The notes beneath the pieces are model-generated. The model had not been told where the DNA came from and did not search any database. It was given only the letters and a program-made list of their open reading frames with translations. From assembly GCF_006345805.1 (NCBI RefSeq), contig NC_043023.1, forward strand, positions 2,480,001 through 2,544,000: 64,000 nucleotides of DNA, in the 5' to 3' direction. Shown here in pieces: positions 52,993 through 64,000 of the stretch. The translations under genes and the position numbers were made by a program. The first letter of the stretch is position 1. The number at the start of each line of letters is the position of its first letter. Source of the DNA: Octopus sinensis (lineage: Eukaryota).

Positions 52993-54785
52993 TTTTTACT
53001 TGTTTCAGTCAATTGACTGTGACCATGCTGGAGCACCACCTTTAGTCAAGCAAATCTACCCCAGGACTTATTCTTTGTAAGCCCAGTACTTATTCTATCA
53101 GTCTCTTTTCTCTTTTACTTGTTTCAGTCATTTGACTGCAGCCATGCTGGAGCACCACCTTTAGTCGAGCAAATCTACCCCAGGACTTATTCTTTGTAAG
53201 CCCAGTACTTATTCTATCAGTCTCTTTTCTCTTTTACTTGTTTCAGTCATTTGACTGTGGCCATGCTGGAGCACCACCTTTAGTCAAGCAAATCTACCCA
53301 AGGACTTATTCTTTGTAAGCCCAGTACTTATTCTATCAGTCTCTTTTCTCTTTTACTTGTTTCAGTCATTTGACTGTGGCCATGCTGGAGCACCACCTTT
53401 AGTCAAGCAAATCTACCCCAGGACTTATTCTTGGTAAGCCCAGTACTTATTCTATCAGTCTCTTTTCTCTTTTACTCTTTTACTTGTTTCAGTCATTTGA
53501 CTGCGGCCATGCTGGAGCACCGCCTTTAGTCAAGCAAATCTACCCCAGGACTTATTCTTTGTAAGCCCAGTACTTATTCTATCAGTCTCTTTTCTCTTTT
53601 ACTTGTTTCAGTCATTTGACTGCGGCCATGCTGGAGCACCGCCTTTAGTCAAGCAAATCTACCCCAGGACTTATTCTTTGTAAGCCCAGTACTTATTCTA
53701 TCAGTCTCTTTTCTCTTTTACTTGTTTCAGTCATTTGACTGCGGCCATGCTGGAGCACCGCCTTTAGTCAAGCAAATCTACCCCAGGACTTATTCTTTGT
53801 AAGCCCAGTACTTATTCTATCAGTCTCTTTTCTCTTTTACTTGTTTCAGTCATTTGACTGTGGCCATGCTGGAGCACCACCTTTAGTCAAGCAAATCTAC
53901 CCCAGGACTTATTCTTTGTAAGCCCAGTACTTATTCTATCAGTCTCTTTTCTCTTTTACTTGTTTCAGTCATTTGACTGTGGCCATGCTGGAGCACCACC
54001 TTTAGTCAAGCAAATCTACCCCAGGACTTATTCTTTGTAAGCCTAGTACTTATTCTATCAGTCTCTTTTCTCTTTTACTTGTTTCAGTCATTTGACTGTG
54101 GCCATGCTGGAGCACCACCTTTAGTCAAGCAAATCTACCCCAGGACTTATTCTTTGTAAGCCCAGTACTTATTCTATCAGTCTCTTTTCTCTTTTACTTG
54201 TTTCAGTCATTTGACTGTGGCCATGCTGGAGCACCACCTTTAGTCAAGCAAATCTACCCCAGGACTTATTCTTTGTAAGCCCAGTACTTATTCTATCAGT
54301 CTCTTTACTCTTTTACTTGTTTCAGTCATTTGACTGCAGCCATGCTGGAGCACCACCTTTAGTCAAGCAAATCTACCCCAGGACTTATTCTTTGTAAGCC
54401 CAGTACTTATTCTATCAGTCTCTTTTCTCTTTTACTTGTTTCAGTCATTTGACTGCGGCCATGCTGGAGCACCACCTTTAGTCAAGCAAATCTACCCCGG
54501 GACTTATTCTTTGTAAGCCCAGTACTTATTCTATCAGTCTCTTTACTCTTTTACTTGTTTCAGTCATTTGACTGCGGCCATGCTGGAGCACCACCTTTAG
54601 TCAAGCAAATCTACCCAAGGACTTATTCTTTGTAAGCCCAGTACTTATTCTATCAGTCTCTTTTCTCTTTTACTTGTTTCAGTCATTTGACTGCGGCCAT
54701 GCTGGAGCACCACCTTTAGTCGAGCAAATCTACCCCAGGACTTATTCTTTGTAAGCCCAGTACTTATTCTATCAGTCTCTTTTCT
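52993..54785 (-). repeat. Tandem array of 15 x 119-bp units derived from the 3' tail of SINE family A
   Basis: Unit starts at 52993, 53112, 53231, 53350, 53477 (after an 8-bp extra), 53596, 53715, 53834, 53953, 54072, 54191, 54310, 54429, 54548 and 54667. Confidence 0.95.
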
Positions 54786-55166
54786 CTTTTACTTGTTTCA
54801 GTCATTTGACTGTGGCCATGCTGGAGCACTGTCTTTAGTCGAGCAAATCGACCCCGGGACTTATTCTTTTGTAAGCCCAGTACTTATTCTATCGGTCTCT
54901 TTTTGGCGAACCACTAGGTGACGGGGATGTAAACACACCAGCATCTGTTGTCAAGCAATGCTAGGGGGACAAACACAGACACACAAACACACACACACAT
55001 ACATACATATATATATATACGACAGGCTTCTTTCAGTTTCCGTCTACCAAATCCACTCACAGGGCATTGGTCGGCCCAGGGCTATAGCAGAAGACACTTG
55101 CCCAATATGCCACGCAGTGGGACTGAACCCGGAACCATGTGGTTGGTTAGCAGCCACTCCTGCGCC
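54786..55166 (-). mobile_element. Near-full-length family-A SINE contiguous with the array (16th copy of the tail)
   Basis: Head GGCGCAGGAGTGGCTG at 55166, core and tail. Confidence 0.9.
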
Positions 55167-55697
55167 CAATTTTTTTTTTTTAAATCTATTTCTTGCTGAA
55201 CTGCTAAGTTACAGGGATGTGAACACACCAACACCTTTTGTCAGTTAGTGGTGGGGGACAAACACAGACACAAGGACACACACACATGTATATATACAAT
55301 ATTGCATTTTTACAAGAAGGGATTTCTTTCAGATGGAAACTGAACGAAGCCTCTTCTTTCAGTTTCTGTCTATAAAATCCACTCACACATGGTGCTATAT
55401 AGTGGGACTGAACCTGGAACCATGTGGTTGGGAAGGAAACTTCATATCACATATCCACGTTTTTGCCTGTATATATATATACATAGTCTTCTACTTGTTT
55501 CAGTCATTTGACTGCGGCCATGCTGGAGTACCGCCTTTAGTTGAGCAAATCGACCCCTGGACTTATTCTTTGGAAGCCTAGAGATTATTCTACCGGTCTC
55601 TTTTGCTGAACTGCTAAGTTACAGGGACATAAACACACTACCATCGGTTGTCAAGCATTGTTGGGGGGGGGGGGCAAACAAAGACACACAAACATAT

Positions 55698-55739
<42 letters not shown>

Positions 55740-55984
55740 GACTGGCTTCTTTGAGTTTCCGTCTACCAAATCCACTCACAAGGCTTTGGTCGGGCTGAGG
55801 CTATAGTAGAAGACACTTGCCCAAGATGCCACGCAGTGGGACTGAACCCGGAACCATGTGGTTGGTAAGCAAGCTACTTACCACACAGCCACTCCTATGC
55901 CTATTTCAAAATGTAACCACATGTGAATTGTTGGCAGTTTCTTTCCTCCGTCTTCCTTTTCTCTTGGACTTTTCTCTGTCTCCT

Positions 55985-56019
55985 GTTTCTGATGAAGAGC
56001 TTTGCTCGAAATGTAAAAC
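55985..56019 (+). ncRNA. Very short hammerhead-like motif; degenerate relatives at about 25681-25720, 34447-34475 and 58348-58385
   Basis: GUUU CUGAUGA A GAGC-UUU-GCUC GAAA U GUA/AAAC; helix III has no loop, so only a dimeric fold is possible. Confidence 0.5.
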
Positions 56020-56601
56020 CACCTTACAGTCTTTGTCTGAGCATCTGCATTGCTTTTTCTTTTCTTGTGTTCTTCGTTTTTTTTTTATTTACTGTTTTAT
56101 ATATACATATATATATATGTCTCTCTGTAGCCTTAAGGCTTTCTTCTAATGCCAGCTCAAAAAATTGTCTCAAAAAATTTACTCGTCCTATCGAAAAGAC
56201 GCTTGTCTGTGACGTCCTGTTTTTGTTGTTATTATTAGTATCATTATTGTTTTTACGTATTTTTGTATTTTTATTTGTGTAACATCGTCCGTTTTCCGTC
56301 CTTGTTTTGTATACATTCGAGGCTTTCTTCCAAGGAATCTAATGCGCTTGGCTTAGATTTTCCTTTGGGGCTGGCCAGGTCGGAGCAATCAAAATCAAGA
56401 TTAATCAGCCGAAATTGTGAAGATGATCCGGCTCTTGACTGAAGATTGAAGGCTTCGAACGTCCTGTCCGTGTTTTTTTTGTGTCGTCTTCTAAATGTTC
56501 CACGTTCTTGTCCCAGTTTGTATTTTTTATTATATATATATATATATGAACACAATGGGCCTCTTTTGAGTTGGGGAATGACCAAAACTCACAGGGACTC
56601 A

Positions 56602-57010
56602 TAGGCGCAGGAGTGGCTGTGTGGTAAGTAGCTTGCTAACCAGCCACATGGTTCCAGGTTCAGTCCCACTGCGTGGCACCTTGGGCAAGTGTCTTCTACT
56701 GTAGCCTCGGGCCGACCAAAGCCTTGTGAGTGGATTTGGTAGACGGAAACTGAAAGAAGCCTGTCGTATATATGTATATATATGTATGTGTGTGTGTTTG
56801 TGTGTCTGTGTTTGTCCCCGTAGCATTGCTTGACAACGGATGCTGGTGTGTTTATGTCCCCGTTACTTAGCGGTTCGGCAAAAGAGACCGATAGAAAAAG
56901 TACTGGGCTTACAAAAGAATAAGTCCCGGGGTCGAGATGCTCGATTAAAGGCGGTGCTCCAGCATGGCCGCAGTCAAATGACTGAAACAAATAAAGAGTA
57001 AAAGAGAAAG
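56602..57010 (+). mobile_element. Full-length SINE family A
   Basis: TAGGCGCAGGAGTGGCTGTGTGG through the (AGTAAAAG)n tail. Confidence 0.92.
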
Positions 57011-57615
57011 AGAGAGACTAAGATTCTGAACTGTGGAAATTTTGATTCCCATCTCTGTCAAGTAGTTGGTTTCCAGGATGCTTATCACTGAGCATCCTTG
57101 GAACCAACTTTTCCCAAATTTTGCATATGTTCAGATCTCCATGAATAATTTTGTGTACATTTGCAACACCAACTCCAAACTATTCTTATTGTCTTTATAC
57201 ACACACAACAATTTTCTTCCAAAAAGTTGTGAATTTCCCCAACCAGTTCTCATGTTCTGACATCCTTCTGTCTCCCACCAATTTCATTATCTCTCACTTC
57301 ATCCTCTACCTATTTCTTTACTACCCTCAAGGGACTAAACACAGAGGAGACAAACAAGGACAGACAAACGGATTAAGTCGATTATATCGACCCCAGTGCG
57401 TAACTGGTACTTATTTAATCGACCCCGAAAGGATGATAGGCAAAGTCGACCTCGGCGGAATTTGAACTCAGAACGTAACGGTAGACGAAATACGGCTACG
57501 CATTTCGCCCAGCGTGCAAACGTCTCAGCCAGCTCACCGCCTTTCACTTCATCCTCTACCATCCCTGGATCTCTTTTGCCTGCGGAAAGCAGATGCTTGG
57601 CTCATACAAGTTAAT

Positions 57616-57797
57616 CAATGAGCATGTTGTTGATTGAGCTGTGACTCTGTCGTGTGCTCATGCCACTTGAATCATTACATACGACCCGTTGCCTCATCAC
57701 CGTAAGCTTGTCAAAGAATGCTCAATGTCTCTGCAGAAGACTTCCAAAGTTTAATGTAAACTTTCATATTGACTCTTTGTTCCAACTTCCTGTCATG
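57616..57797 (-). pseudogene. Mariner deletion-derivative fragment
   Basis: Homologous to 58663-58845, including the internal deletion junction. Confidence 0.8.
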
Positions 57798-57800
57798 GGT

Positions 57801-58180
57801 GTGGAGGCGCAATGGCCCAGTGGTTAGTGCAGCAGACTCGTGGTCGTAGGATCATGGTTTCGACTCCCAGACCGGGCGTTCTGAGTGTTTATTGAGTGAA
57901 AACACCTAAAGCTCCACGAAGCTTCGGCAAGGGATGGTGGTGAACCCTGCTGTACTCTTTTACCACAACTTTCTCTCACTCTTTCTTCCTGTTTCCGTTG
58001 TACCTGTATTTCAAAGGACCAGCCTTGTCACACTCTGTGTTACTCTGAATATCCCTGAGAACTACGTTAAGGGTACACGTGTCTGTGGAGTGCTCAGCCA
58101 CTTGCACGTTAATTTCATGAGCAGGCTGTTCTATTGATCGGATGAACTGGAACCCCCATCCTCATAACCGACAGTGCCAA
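57801..58180 (+). mobile_element. SINE family C, tail variant 3
   Basis: Same head and core as 35197; different tail (ACTACGTTAAGGGTACACGTGTCTGTGGAG..); candidate TSD GTCATGGG at 57792-99 and 58184-91. Confidence 0.85.
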
Positions 58181-58191
58181 CCCGTCATGGG

Positions 58192-58455
58192 CATATGGCA
58201 TAGTGGTTGAGAGCATGGGCTACTAACCCCAAGATCCCAAGTTCGATTCCAGGCAGTGACCAGAATACTACTACTACTACTACTACTACTACTAATAATA
58301 ATAATAATATTGAAAAATACCTTAGGAATGAGAAATTTCCCCAAGACCTGATAAAGGCTGGAGGGTATATCAGCCGAAATGTGTTAACAACAAACAAGAT
58401 GAGGACAAATGTAAATAATGTACATAATTCTTCATCTCTTAAATATAGAACTGTA
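58192..58455 (+). mobile_element. tRNA-like head plus (CTA/ATA)n plus a tail with a degenerate hammerhead-like motif
   Basis: TGGCATAGTGG A-box, AGTTCGATTCC B-box; CTGATAA-AGGCTG..CAGCC-GAAA at 58348-58379. Confidence 0.55.
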
Positions 58456-58477
58456 TTGATTGGACCATAAGTTTCTA

Positions 58478-59280
58478 CAAGGGGTATCAAAAAGTCCCTG
58501 AACTAGTTCTGTAGCACACCAACAAATGGCAGCACATGGTTGCGTGCACAATGAAAGCTATCAGTGACCTTCATGGGGCAGTGTGCCATGTGGCTTTGCT
58601 GTGTTTACTTCAAAAGTTGTGAAATTTATGTTTTTGTGATCACATGTATGCTGTGATTTTGTCATGGAAAGGAAGTTGGAACAAAGAGTCAATGGGGAAT
58701 TTTGCCTTAAACTTGAGAAGTCTTCTAGAGAGACATTGAGCATTCTTCAGCAAGCTTAACGCAATGAGGCAACGGGTCGTACGTAAGGATTCGAGTGGCA
58801 TGAGCCCATGACTGAGTCACAGCTCAATCAACAACATGCTCATTGTGCATTGAGAATTAATCCTCCAGGGGCCAGACCACCAGTTGAGACTTCTACTGTT
58901 TTGGAGTGTTTGAGGGAAGATATTCTGTAAAAGGTACCGGATCTGTGGAGAGTGAAGAATTGAATTCTTCATGATGACAAAGCACCCTTTTATCGAGCTC
59001 TCCCCATTCGTGAGTTTCTCACAACATGGTATCACTTCCGCACCCACCCTATCCACCAGATTTATCACCTTCGGGCTTCCATCTCTTCTCCAAGATGAAA
59101 ATGCAGCACAAAGGTTGCCATTTTAACACTGTTGTCAAGACCCAGAGTGAATCACAAACGGTCCTTGATTTGCATATGGAAAATGGTTTTCAAGCTGAAT
59201 TCCAAATGTGACAGGAATGCAAGGTGACTATTTCAAAGGAGATGATGATGAAACTTTGGTAGATTAATGATTTTTTGTGG
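58478..59280 (+). pseudogene. Internally deleted mariner element
   Basis: TA-CAAGGGGTATCAAAAAGTCCCTG left end; MERKLEQRVN.EFCLKL (N-terminus) joined to NMLIV..ILHDDKAP..LPHPPYPPDLSPSGFHLF..GDYFKGD (C-terminus). Confidence 0.9.
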
Positions 59281-59283
59281 ATA

Positions 59284-59820
59284 TAGGCGTAAGAGTGGCT
59301 GTGTGGTAGGTAGCTTGCTTACCAACCACATGGTTCTGGGTTCAGTTCCATTGCATGGCACCTTGGGCAAGTGTCTTCTACTATAGCCTCAGGCCCACCA
59401 AAGCCTTGTGAGTGGATTTGGTAGATGGAAACTGAAAGAAGCTCATCGTATATATGTATATGTGTATATGCTTATTTGTCTGTGTTTGTCCCCCCACTCC
59501 CCAGCATTGCTTGACAACTGATGCCTCGGGCCGATCAAAGCTTTGTGAGTGGATTTGGTAGACGGAAACTGAAAGAAGCTCGTCGTACATATATACATGT
59601 GTGTGTGTATATATATATGTGTGTGTATATGTTTGTGTGTCTGTGTTTGTCACCCCAACATCACTTGACAACCGATAACGTCCCCGTGACTTAGCAGGTC
59701 GGCAAAAAAGATCGATAGAATAAGTACTAGGCTTCCATAGAATAAGTCCATGGGTCGATTTGCTCGACTAAAAGGCAGTGCTACAGCATGGCCGCAGTCA
59801 AATGACTGAAACGAGTAGAG
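59284..59820 (+). mobile_element. Family-A SINE with an internal re-duplication; further partial duplicates at about 60770-60920 and 62275-63180
   Basis: The sequence jumps back from CAACTGATGC to CTCGGGCCGA. Confidence 0.8.
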
Positions 59821-59869
59821 GAGTAAATGGGACCAGGTACTTTTGGATACCATCTCGTATTGTGTTTTT

Positions 59870-60142
59870 TGTCTAGTTTAACACCAGAATTTACCATTTA
59901 GTGAACCTCGAAGTTCTCTTTACATCTCAACTGCATCCTGCAAACCAGTCAAGCGTGACGAGCAGTGTTTAGAGGGGGCACATTCAAAACTGCTCCTACA
60001 GCCGTCTCCTTCAGTCTGGAATAACAAAATTTGGCAGGTCAGCTTATTAGATGTATTGTAGCGATATAGTAAAATTACAATTATCTAGGACGGTCATAAC
60101 TGCCTCTACTAAAAAAGTCCCAAACTTCTGGAATGCACCTTG
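59870..60142 (-). mobile_element. Left end of another mariner-like element
   Basis: TA-CAAGGTGCATTCCAGAAGTTTGG end and a decayed N-terminal ..VKLDK.. similarity. Confidence 0.5.
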
Positions 60143-60519
60143 TATATGTGTATATTTACATGTGGTGTGTCTGTGCGTGTCCATGTATGTATATATATAA
60201 ATATATATTATATATATATATATATATATATGTATACATAAGTACATATGTATGTGTGTTTGTATGCGTGTATACTCTTTACTCTTTTACTCTTTTACTT
60301 GTTTCAGTCATTTGACTGCGGCCATGCTGGAGCACCGCCTTTAATCGAGCAACTCGACCCCGGGACTTATTCTTTGTAAGCCCAGCACTTATTGTATCGG
60401 TCTCTTTTGCTGAACCGCTAAGTGACGGGGACGTAAACACACCAGTATCGGTTGTCAAGCAATGCTAAGGGGACAAACACAGACACACAAACCCACACAC
60501 ACACACACATACATACATA

Positions 60520-60556
<37 letters not shown>

Positions 60557-61248
60557 CATATACATATATACGACAGGCTTCTTTCAGTTTCCTTCTACCA
60601 AATCCACTCACAAGGCTTTGGTCGGCCCGAGGCTATAGCAGAAGACACTCGCCCAAGGTGCCATGCAGTGGGACTGAACCCGGAACCATGTGGTTAGTAG
60701 ACAAGCTACTTACCACACAGCCACTCCTGCACCTATATATATATATATATATATACATATATACGACAGGCTTCTTTCAGTTTCCGCCTACCAAATCCAC
60801 TCACAAGGCATTGGTCAGCCCGGGGCTCTAGTAGAAGACACTTGCCCAAGATGCCACGCAGTGGGACTGAACCCGGAACCATGTGGTTGGTAGGCAAGCT
60901 ACTTACCACACAGCCACTCCGTATGTGTAGAAAAAAATTTTATGTAATTTTTCTTCAATGTTTTTTCAATTGATCACTCGTAAACAACTGACCGCTCGTA
61001 AATATTATACACTGTATCAAACGCATCTCATATATCGGAAACCAATTATAAAATAATAAGAGGAGACAGACACGAAACTCTGAGTAGAAACAGAGTAACC
61101 CCACCCCTAAAGTATGTATATACATACATACATATATATATATATATACGTATATATCATAAAAAATATATATATAAATGTATAATACATATATATATGT
61201 ATACAAACATATATTTATAGCATAATATAATATATATATATATATACA

Positions 61249-61290
<42 letters not shown>

Positions 61291-61343
61291 TATATATTAT
61301 ATATATATATATATATATACATTCATATATATATATATATACA

Positions 61344-61388
<45 letters not shown>

Positions 61389-61394
61389 TAATAC

Positions 61395-61427
<33 letters not shown>

Positions 61428-61439
61428 ATATACATTCAT

Positions 61440-61474
<35 letters not shown>

Positions 61475-61576
61475 GTATATGTATATATATGTATAATACA
61501 TACATTTATACATAATAATACATAAATACATACATATATATATGCATATATATGTGTGTATATATATATTATATAA

Positions 61577-61607
<31 letters not shown>

Positions 61608-61823
61608 TCTGGCCATGTGTATACACACATATCCATACTCATGGTATTATATTTATTATGTCTAGCTTTGTTTGAAGCAGATACGTTTGAGTGTATGTAT
61701 ATATAGTATGTGTTAGTATAAGACCACGGTATATGTGTTGGGTGTATATATTTGTATATACATCATCATCATCCATACATATATACACATATACATACTC
61801 ACACATACCTACATATATATATA

Positions 61824-61870
<47 letters not shown>

Positions 61871-63540
61871 TATATATATATATATATATATACACTCATA
61901 CACATAACACCACGTATTTGTGATATCAAGCTATCCCCTGCGGAATAGTTATCCTCTAACTTAATCAGAAATGAGATTATGTATCTCCCCATTTGATATC
62001 GATGTATCACTTTTATACATCGTAAATTATCACACTAAAGTGTCCGAAACGATATCAGTTTCCTTCCAGCAGTGTTTATCTCGCACAGATATCACCACGG
62101 ACAGATATCAGTCACTGGATATTTCATAAAGTAAATCAAATGATACGAGCTTGGACAAACGCCATGAGAATATGAGAATCCCACCATGGGGTAGACGAGG
62201 TGGCAGAGATATTCCTTACTGCATCACTTCTTTGTGTACATACATATATGTGTGTGTGTGTGTGTGTGTTATATAAGGTCCAGGCGTGGCTCTGTGGTAA
62301 GAAGCTTGCTTCTCAACCACATGGTTCCAGGTTCAGTCCCACTAAGTGGTACCTTGAGCAAGTGTCTTCTATAGCCTTCTGAGTAGAATTGGTAGATGGA
62401 AACTGGAAGAAGCTTGTCATGTGTGTGTGTGTGTGTATGTTACATTTGGTCCAGGCGTGGCTGTGTGGTAAGAAGCTTGCTTACCAACCACAAGGTTCTA
62501 GGTTCAGTCCCACTAAGTGGTACCTTGAGCAAATGTCTTCTACTATAGCCTTGAGTCGACCAAAGCCTTGTGAGTAGAATTGGTAGATGGAAACTGGAAG
62601 AAGCTTCTCATGTGTGTGTGTCTGTGTGTCCCTCAGTACTACTTGTCAAATGGTATTGGTGAGGTTGCATGCCAGTACCCTAATGGTTTGGCAAAAGAAA
62701 CCAGGTTTAAAACATAAAAGCATTTGGGGTTGATTCATTCAACTAAAAATTCTTCAAGGCAGTGCCCCAGCATGGCCACAGTCTAATGACTGAGACAAGA
62801 AGAAGATGAAAGATACAAGATATATTTTCTGTGTGCACTGGCAGCTGTGCGGTAAGGAGTTTGTTTCCCAACCACATGGTTCTGGGTTCAGTCCCACTGC
62901 ATGGCACCTTGAGTAAGTGTCTTGTATTATAGCCTTGTGCTGAGCAAAGCCTTGCAAGTGGATTTGGTAGACAGAAACTGAAAGAAGCCCATCGTATCTA
63001 GTATATATATGTATGTTTGTGTGTCTGTGTCTGTTCCCCCTCCATTGGGTGGCAACTGATGTTGGTGTGTTTACGTCCCCATAACTTAGAATAAGCACCA
63101 GGCTTACAAAGATTAAATTTACGGGTTGATTTCTTTGACTAAAATATGGTGCTCCAGCATGGCCACATATACACAAGTAAAAGAATAAAAAAATGCAAGA
63201 ATATATATTCTTTTTATATATATGTATCATCATCATCATCGTTTAACATCCATTTTCCGTGCTAGCATGGGTTGGACGGTTCGACCGGGGTCTGGGAAGC
63301 CAGGAGGCTGCACCAGGCTCCAGTCTGATTTGGCAGTGTTTCTACAGCTGGATGCCCTTCCTGACGCCAACCACTCCGTGAGTGTAGTGGGTGCTTTTTA
63401 TGTGCCACTGCCGTAGGTGCCAGGGGAGGCTGGCAGTGGCCACGATCGGTTGGTGCTTTTTACATGCCACCGGCACAGAAGTCAGCCAAGATGCACTGGC
63501 ATGAGCCACGTTCAGATGGTGCTTTTTACGTTGCCACCGG

Positions 63541-63586
<46 letters not shown>

Positions 63587-63592
63587 GAGGAG

Positions 63593-63927
63593 GAGACCCC
63601 CTTCAACCATGAATGACCATGGGACTGCACCTAGAAAGTTACCCTCCTAGTCACAAGTCTGGGAAAGGTGGTTTATGGAAGACCAGCAGTCGCCCATGCA
63701 TACCAGCCTCCCCTCTCCACATCACCAGTGTTATCCAAGGGAAAGGCAAAGGGGCCAATACAGCTTGGCACCAGTGATGTCACAACTCATTTCTACAGCT
63801 GAGTGAACTGGAGCAATGAAAATAAAGTGTCTTGCTCAAGAACATAACACAGCCTGGTTCAGGAATCGAACTCACAACCTCATGATTGTAAGCTTGACGC
63901 TCTAACCACTGAGCCATGCGTCTTCAC
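63593..63927 (-). mobile_element. CORE-type tRNA-derived SINE (family D)
   Basis: TGGCTCAGTGG A-box, AGTTCGATTCC B-box, CORE-like TTCTTGAGCAAGACACTTTATT..GCTCCAGTTCACTCAGCTGTAGAAATGAG. Confidence 0.8.
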
Positions 63928-64000
63928 ACACACATATAACATATAAATTAGAGATAAAACCACTATTATGCAACTCAAACAGTGATAGACATAAACCAAA

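Noticed and set aside
52993-54785. CRISPR-like array
   Set aside because: No unique spacers, the unit is a SINE tail, the context is eukaryotic and there are no cas genes
56439-56465. CTGAAGA..GAAC GTC hammerhead-like motif
   Set aside because: Lacks one core A and has no clear helix I

Overview
This is eukaryotic, AT-rich, microsatellite-dense DNA, most likely from an octopus. That assignment is my recognition of the dominant tRNA-derived SINEs, not a database match. I can support no host protein-coding gene, rRNA, true tRNA or CRISPR array; most listed ORFs are translations of simple repeats. The window is a nest of mobile DNA: about 30 copies or fragments of one tRNA-headed SINE (family A), three other SINE types, about 8 RTE-like LINE 3' ends, decayed Tx1/L1-, R4/Dong- and I-group LINE fragments, 5 mariner transposase remnants, two TA-flanked MITE families, non-autonomous Helitrons and a 100-N gap. 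Two structures stand out. (1) Minimal type-I hammerhead-ribozyme motifs recur (CUGANGA-helix II-GAAAC-short, often palindromic helix III-GUH). They occur in several unrelated short repeat families and are repeatedly arranged as outward-facing pairs in foldback elements; one is split by a Helitron. (2) A 16-unit, 119-bp tandem array is built from the 3' tail of a SINE. Boundaries of decayed elements are approximate to tens of bp, while short motif coordinates were counted directly.
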